A stretch of 64,000 nucleotides of DNA from Eledone cirrhosa (Eukaryota): the NCBI GenBank assembly GCA_964016885.1, contig OZ024764.1, forward strand, positions 15,004,001 to 15,068,000, written 5' to 3'. The notes beneath the pieces are model-generated. The model worked only from the letters and a program-made list of their open reading frames with translations, was not told the DNA's origin and made no database searches. The number at the start of each line of letters is the position of its first letter. Within the stretch, counting starts at the first letter, position 1. The position numbers and the translations under genes are program-made. This document shows positions 57,580 to 64,000 of this stretch, in pieces.

Positions 57580-58005
57580 ATATCAATATATTTGAGACAG
57601 ACTTTAACCCTGTGATGGACTGGTGTCCTGTCCAGGGGGAAGTCATGTACTCTCAGTCACTTAACACTAATGAAACTAAGACAAACTTTAACCCTGTGAT
57701 GGACTGGTGTCCTGTCCAGGGGGAAGTCACTTAACACTATTGAAACTAAGACAGACTTTAACCCTGTGATGGACTGGTGTCCTGTCCAGGGGGAAGTCAC
57801 TTAACACTATTGAAACTAAGACAGACTTTAACCCTGTGATGGACTGGTGTCCTGTCCAGGGGGAAGTCACTTAACACTATTGAAACTGAGATAGACTTTA
57901 ACCCTGTGATGGACTGGTGTCCTGTCCAGGGGAAAGTCACTTAACACTAATGAAACTAAGATAGACTTTAACCCTGTGATGGACTGGTGTCCTGTCCAGG
58001 GGGAG
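57580..58005 (+). repeat. 70-bp tandem array (~6 copies) derived from a SINE-like element (57390-57580)
   Basis: Unit contains CCCTGTGATGGACTGGTGTCCTGTCCAGGGG. Period 57721 to 57791. Confidence 0.85.
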
Positions 58006-58389
58006 GTAGATTAATCGACTTTCCCCTCCTCCAAAATTATTGGTCTTGTGCCCAAAAAAGAAGTAAGGATGAAAGACAAAGTTAACCTCGGCGGGATTTG
58101 AACTCAGACCATAAAGGGACGTAACTCTATGCTGCAAAGCATGGCGTCCGAGTATCGGTAGAGGGTTGGACGCCATGCTTTGCAGCACAGTTACGTCCCT
58201 TTATAGTCTGAGTTCAAATCCCGCCGAGGTTAACTTTGCCTTTCATCCTTACGGGGTCGATAAAATAAAGTACCAGTAATGCACTGGGTAATTGCTGGCC
58301 TTGTGCCAAAAGTAGAAACAATTATCATTATTAGTCTTTTTCCTCTTTTCTTTGTTTACAGAGTAACTTTAACAGCTGCACCCAGAGAT

Positions 58390-59355
58390 ACCATCCAACC
58401 ATCCAACCAGCCATTCGTCTAACCAGCCAACCATCCGTCTAACCATCCAACCATCCAACCATCCTACCAGCCATCCGTCTAACCATCCTACCAGCCATCT
58501 GTCTAACGATCCAACCAGCTAGCCATACAACCAGCTAACCATCCAGCCAGTTAACCATCTAATCAACTAACCAACTAACCATCCAACCAACCAACCATCC
58601 AATCAACTAACCAACTAACCATCCAACCAACCAACCATCCAATCAACTAACCAACCAACCATCCAATCAACTAACCAACCAACCATCCAACTAACCATCC
58701 AACTCACCATCCATCCAACCATCAACCATCCATCCAACCATCCAACCATCCAACCATCCAACCATCCATCCAACCACCGAACCATCCATCCAACCATCCT
58801 ACCATCAACCAACCATCCAACCATCCATCCAACCATTCAACCATCCAACCAACCATCCAACCAACCATCCTACCATCCAATCATCCAACTAACCATCCAA
58901 TCATCCAACCAACCATCCAACTAACCATCCAACCATCTAACCATCCAACTAACCATCCAACCATCCAACCAACCATACAACCATCCTACCATCCAACCAT
59001 CCAACTAACCATCCAACCATCCTACCATCCAACCATCCAACCATCCAACTAACCATCCAACCATCCAACCAACCATACAACCATCCTACCATCCAACCAT
59101 CCTACCATCCAACCATCCAACTAACCATCCAACCAACCAACTAACCATCCAACCATCCAACCATCCAACTAACCATCCAACCATCCAACCAACCATACAA
59201 CCATCCTACCATCCAACCAACCATCCTACCATCCAACCATCCAACCATCCTACCATCCAACCAACCATCCAACCAACCATCCTACCATCCAACTAACCAT
59301 CCAACCAACCAACTAACCATCCAATCAACCAACCAACCATCCAACCAACCATTCA
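58390..59355 (+). repeat. (CCAT/CCAA)n compound tetranucleotide repeat
   Basis: Direct reading. Confidence 0.95.
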
Positions 59356-59737
59356 ACTACCGTAGTGGCAAGTAATCCAGTGAAACATAGCAAGGCTCCG
59401 TGTTCCCCTCACTTAATTCCTTATATAATATTGTTACTATATATATATCATCATCATCATCATCATTTTACGTCTGCTCTTCCCTGCTTGCAAGGGTGGG
59501 ACGGGTCCTATTCAGCACAGCATCTCTCCACTTGTCACGGTCCTTCATCATCTCCTCTGTGAGCTTCAGCGATCTGAGGTCTGCTCTCACCACCTCCGCC
59601 CATTATTATATATATATAATATTATTATTATTATTTATAGATATAGATATTTATTATATATACATATAACAGAGATGGTGTGGTAAGATACCTGGTGGAC
59701 GATAACCCACCAGAGTACTCAATACTTAACCCTTTAG

Positions 59738-61505
59738 CATTTACATTACTCTAGATATACTATTGTATTTTCACAGTAAAGTCTTTACCTCACATAATAT
59801 CTCACATAACATTTACATTACTCTATATATACTATTGTATTTTCACAGTAAAGGCTTTACCTCACATAATATCTCACATAACATTTACATTACTCTATAT
59901 ATACTATTGTATTGTCACAGTAAAGGCTTTACCTCACATAATATCTCACATAACATTTACATTACTCTATATATACTATTGTATTTTCACAGTAAAGGCT
60001 TTACCTCACATAATATCTCACATAACATTTACATTACTCTATATATACTATTGTATTGTCACAGTAAAGGCTTTACCTCACATAATATCTCACATAACAT
60101 TTACATTACTCTATATTTACTATTGTATTTTCACAGTAAAGGCTTTACCTCACATAACATTTACATTACTCTATATATACTATTGTATTTTCACAGTAAA
60201 GGCTTTACCTCACATAATATCTCACATAGCATTTACATTACTCTATATATACTATTGTATTTTCACAGTAAAGGCTTTACCTCACATAATCTCTCACATA
60301 ACATTTACATTACTCTATATTTACTATTGTATTGTCACAGTGAAGGCTTTACCTCACATAATACCTCACATAACATTTACATTACTCTATATATACTATT
60401 GTATTGTCACAGTAAAGGCTTTACCTCACATAATATCTCACATAACATTTACATTATTCTATATATACTATTGTATTGTCACAGTAAAGGCTTTACCTCA
60501 TATAATATCTCACATAACATTTACATTACTCTATATATACTATTGTATTGTCACAGTAAAGGCTTTACCTCACATAATATCTCACATAACATTTACATTA
60601 CTCTATATATATTATTGTATTGTCACAGTAAAGGCTTTACCTCACATAATATCTCACATAACATTTACATTACTCTATATATACTATTGTATTGTCACAG
60701 TAAAGGCTTTACCTCACATAATATCTCACATAACATTTACATTACTCTATATATACTATTGTATTGTCACAGTAAAGGCTTTACCTCACATAATACCTCA
60801 CATAACATTTACATTACTCTATATATACTATTGTATTGTCACAGTAAAGGCTTTACCTCACATAATATCTCACATAACATTTACATTACTCTATATATAC
60901 TATTGTATTGTCACAGTAAAGGCTTTACCTCACATAATACCTCACATAACATTTACATTACTCTATATATACTATTGTATTGTCATAGTAAAGACTTTAC
61001 CTCACATAATATCTCACATAACATTTACATTACTCTATATATACTATTGTATTTTCACAGTAAAGGCTTTACCTCACATAATACCTCACACAACATTCAC
61101 ATTACTCTATATATACTATTGTATTTTCACAGTAAAGGCTTTACCTCACATAATACCTCACATAACATTTACATTACTCTATATATACTATTGTATTTTC
61201 ACAGTAAAGGCTTTACCTCACATATCATTTACATTACTCTATATATACTATTGTATTTTCACAGTAAAGTCTTTACCTCACATAATATCTCACATAGCAT
61301 TTACATTACTCTATATTTACTATTGTACTTTCACAGTAAAGGCTTTACCTCACATAATATCTCACATAACATTTACATTACTCTATATATACTATTGTAT
61401 TTTCACAGTAAAGGCTTTACCTCACATAATATCTCACATAGCATTTACATTACTCTATATTTACTATTGTATTTTCACAGTAAAGACTTTACCTCACATA
61501 ATACC
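59738..61505 (+). repeat. 72-bp tandem array (~24 copies, some 60-bp deletion variants)
   Basis: Unit CATTTACATTACTCTATATATACTATTGTATTTTCACAGTAAAGGCTTTACCTCACATAATATCTCACATAA. Confidence 0.95.
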
Positions 61506-61873
61506 ACCATATATTTAATTAAGACACACAGCTTTGGTCATTTCCTCACACAGTCAATAATTTAATATATAAAGATATATATATATATATCCCATGCTAG
61601 CGTGGAAAAGGGACGTTAAACGAAGATGATGATGATGATGATGATATATATAAATTAATGCGTTGAAATGTCCTAGTCCCTCAGCAGACAACTGAAGAGA
61701 GGTCCTGCCCTTAGTGATTTTATTTTATTTCTAAATACACTTTATCAAGTAACTGCACAGCCCCTTGTTCCTTCTAAATTTATATATATATAAATATCCT
61801 GATGTCCTCCAAAAGTAATGGTCGCATTTTGAAAGGGTACGTCAATGCTTATTTGTAAAACTGATATATATTG

Positions 61874-61930
61874 TATTTTGTCTGATGAAGGCATACCATA
61901 ATTTAACTTGGTATCCTTGAAATATATATA
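61874..61930 (+). ncRNA. Hammerhead motif (family C), truncated in loop 3 by (TA)n
   Basis: TATTTTGT-CTGATGA-AGG-C-ATACCA-TAATTTAACT-TGGTAT-CCTT-GAAA-(TA)n. Confidence 0.65.
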
Positions 61931-62058
61931 TATATATATATTTATTAAAATAACAGATTAAAGTTTAATAAATATTTGCTCTAGGGTTCTTATATATTTG
62001 ATATATATTTATCTCTATCGAGCCCCCTTTGGATTTTAGTCTTCACATTTATTATTAT

Positions 62059-62095
<37 letters not shown>

Positions 62096-62249
62096 TTTAT
62101 CCCGGGTTCAATCTGGGTTAACAACCACAGTAAGTAAGGTACTCAATACATAGAGTATAAATATTTAATAAATATTTCTCCCGAATGAAACAGTTCTAGT
62201 CCTGTAGAAGCCATTTCTATATTAAATATATATATATATATATACATAC

Positions 62250-62359
<110 letters not shown>

Positions 62360-63266
62360 AAGAAAGAGATATAAAGGAAGAATCAATCCCAATATTAGAC
62401 TGGTACTTTTTTTCATTTTTATCTGTCAATTCATTGCAATTATATAGTTGAATGTCACATCTGGTATGTCGTTTATTATAAAACTAACGGACTGATGGAC
62501 TGGCAGACTGTCAGATTGGCTGATTGACGGATGAAAGAGAGAGAGAAGGACAGTAAAGGAAAGGAAGATAACCAGGAGGAAGAGTTGGAGGATGAAGAGG
62601 AATGTCTATGTTCTCATGAGATATGCAATATAAGATAGATATATTACAATATATAAGACATATAAACATATAAAATTATATAAAGGTCTATAAATCATCT
62701 TAGAGACAATTCATAATTTCTATTCCTTCTGGAAACTGCTCCTTACTTTATAAATAATTACAAATTATATTAGGGTTACTGGCTGGTTTCCTACTTGGTA
62801 CAGGTTAACAGTTATATTTCAGATATACATCTATATCTACATCTCCTTGGCATTACCTGCTGACCTTAATGTTTATAAATGGATGATTGGTAAATTGTGA
62901 GACACACACACACTTGCCATATGACCCCCACACACCTATACACACCTCCACACACACACACACCCTCCCAAGGCATGTATACACCTATCTATTACAGACG
63001 TCTACAATGATAATCGGTTCTGTGTTTCTGTTTCGAGATATCCTTGTTTCTTCAGAGAGTGTGGTGTGTGGGAGGGATAGTGTTGTTGTAGGGAGAGGAG
63101 GAGGTAGCGACAGAGACTGTGAAGGGAAGGTTAGAGTTGGAGGGGGAGGAAACAGAGACAGATAAAGTGAAGGGGGGTGAGAGGAGGAGGAGGAAGAAGA
63201 ACAAGGAGAAGAGGAAGAGAGAAAGGAAGGGGAGGAAACAACAGTAGTGGTGGTGGTGTGTTAATA

Positions 63267-64000
63267 ATGGAACAATTGCTGTTATCAGAGGGTGGTGGTG
63301 GTGATGGTGGTGGTGGTGGTGATGGTGGTGGTGGTGGTGGTGGTGGCGGTGGAGCTGGTGATGGTGGTGGAGTTGCTTTCGTCGTCAGCGGTGGTGCAGC
63401 GATGTTGGATAGCATTCATGCAGGTGTTGTCGCAGCTGCTGTTGTCGGTGGTGGTGGTGGTGGTGGTGGTGGTGTCGTCGGTGATGGTGGCGAAAGCATG
63501 GTGTACGAAGGAAACCCCTGGAAGGGTGTGACAAGTGCAACAGTCGTAGCCATTCTCTCGTACGCTGGAAGCAACAAGACCTCGCAAGAGAGGATAGGAG
63601 AGATCGAAGGAGGCGGAAAAGAGGTCATCCCGGCTGTGATTCTTTATACAGGTGGCTTCATCATGCTGATGGCCACTGTGGCCGGGCTGTGCGGTAACTT
63701 GGCCATCCTAGCGGCGCTGTGGCACCGTAAACATCTCAAGAACGTCATCAATATATTCGTAGCGAGCCTTTGTATCAACGACGTCATGAATCTGCTTCTA
63801 AACAACGCTATGGTCATTGTGTCGTATTTCTCCGGCTATTGGCCCAGTAACTTGTTACACTGTGAGTTACTGGCACACTCTACTGTGCTCCTCATGGGCT
63901 GCTCTCTGTGGCACACGGGTCTCATAGCTGTACACCGATTTCTTGTGGTCGTCTGCAACCAATTTTATGTGACCATGTCAAAAAATGTCTACACAGTGTT
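63267..64000 (+). CDS. Class A (rhodopsin-like) GPCR, N-terminus to start of TM4, open at the window end; melatonin/Moody/Tre1-like
   Basis: First in-frame ATG after a TGA at 63168. MEQLLLSEGGGG...NKT...TM1 GLCGNLAIL, TM2 NIFVASLCIND, ECL1 W, TM3 CE...SLWHTGLIAVHRF. No stop codon to 64000. Candidate upstream splice acceptor CCTTGTTTCTTCAG at ~63055. Confidence 0.88.
   Translation, partial: MEQLLLSEGGGGDGGGGGDGGGGGGGGGGAGDGGGVAFVVSGGAAMLDSIHAGVVAAAVVGGGGGGGGGVVGDGGESMVYEGNPWKGVTSATVVAILSYAGSNKTSQERIGEIEGGGKEVIPAVILYTGGFIMLMATVAGLCGNLAILAALWHRKHLKNVINIFVASLCINDVMNLLLNNAMVIVSYFSGYWPSNLLHCELLAHSTVLLMGCSLWHTGLIAVHRFLVVVCNQFYVTMSKNVYTV

Overview
Repeat-saturated, AT-rich animal genomic DNA. The SINE/LINE repertoire and (TA)n load suggest an octopod cephalopod, which is inference only. 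Almost all ORFs in the supplied track are artefacts of microsatellites or tandem arrays. The only credible host gene is the 5' part of a class A (rhodopsin-like) GPCR at 63267 running off the window end, missed by the ORF track because it has no stop codon here. The rest is (TA)n/(GGT)n/(CCA)n microsatellite, tRNA-derived SINEs of two families, RTE, R4/Dong-like and Tx1-like LINE fragments, and several tandem arrays that can be traced to retroelement pieces. The main hidden signal is about 16 full or near-full type I hammerhead-ribozyme motifs plus half-motifs, from about 8 sequence families. They lie in short non-coding elements inserted in (TA)n tracts, mostly as head-to-head fold-backs, which matches Penelope-like pLTR/retrozyme elements. 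Variants include U3-A8 cores, palindromic loop 3, a stem II insert of over 100 nt and a 27-bp stem III held by 8 G.U wobbles. All folds were done by eye and none has been tested for activity.
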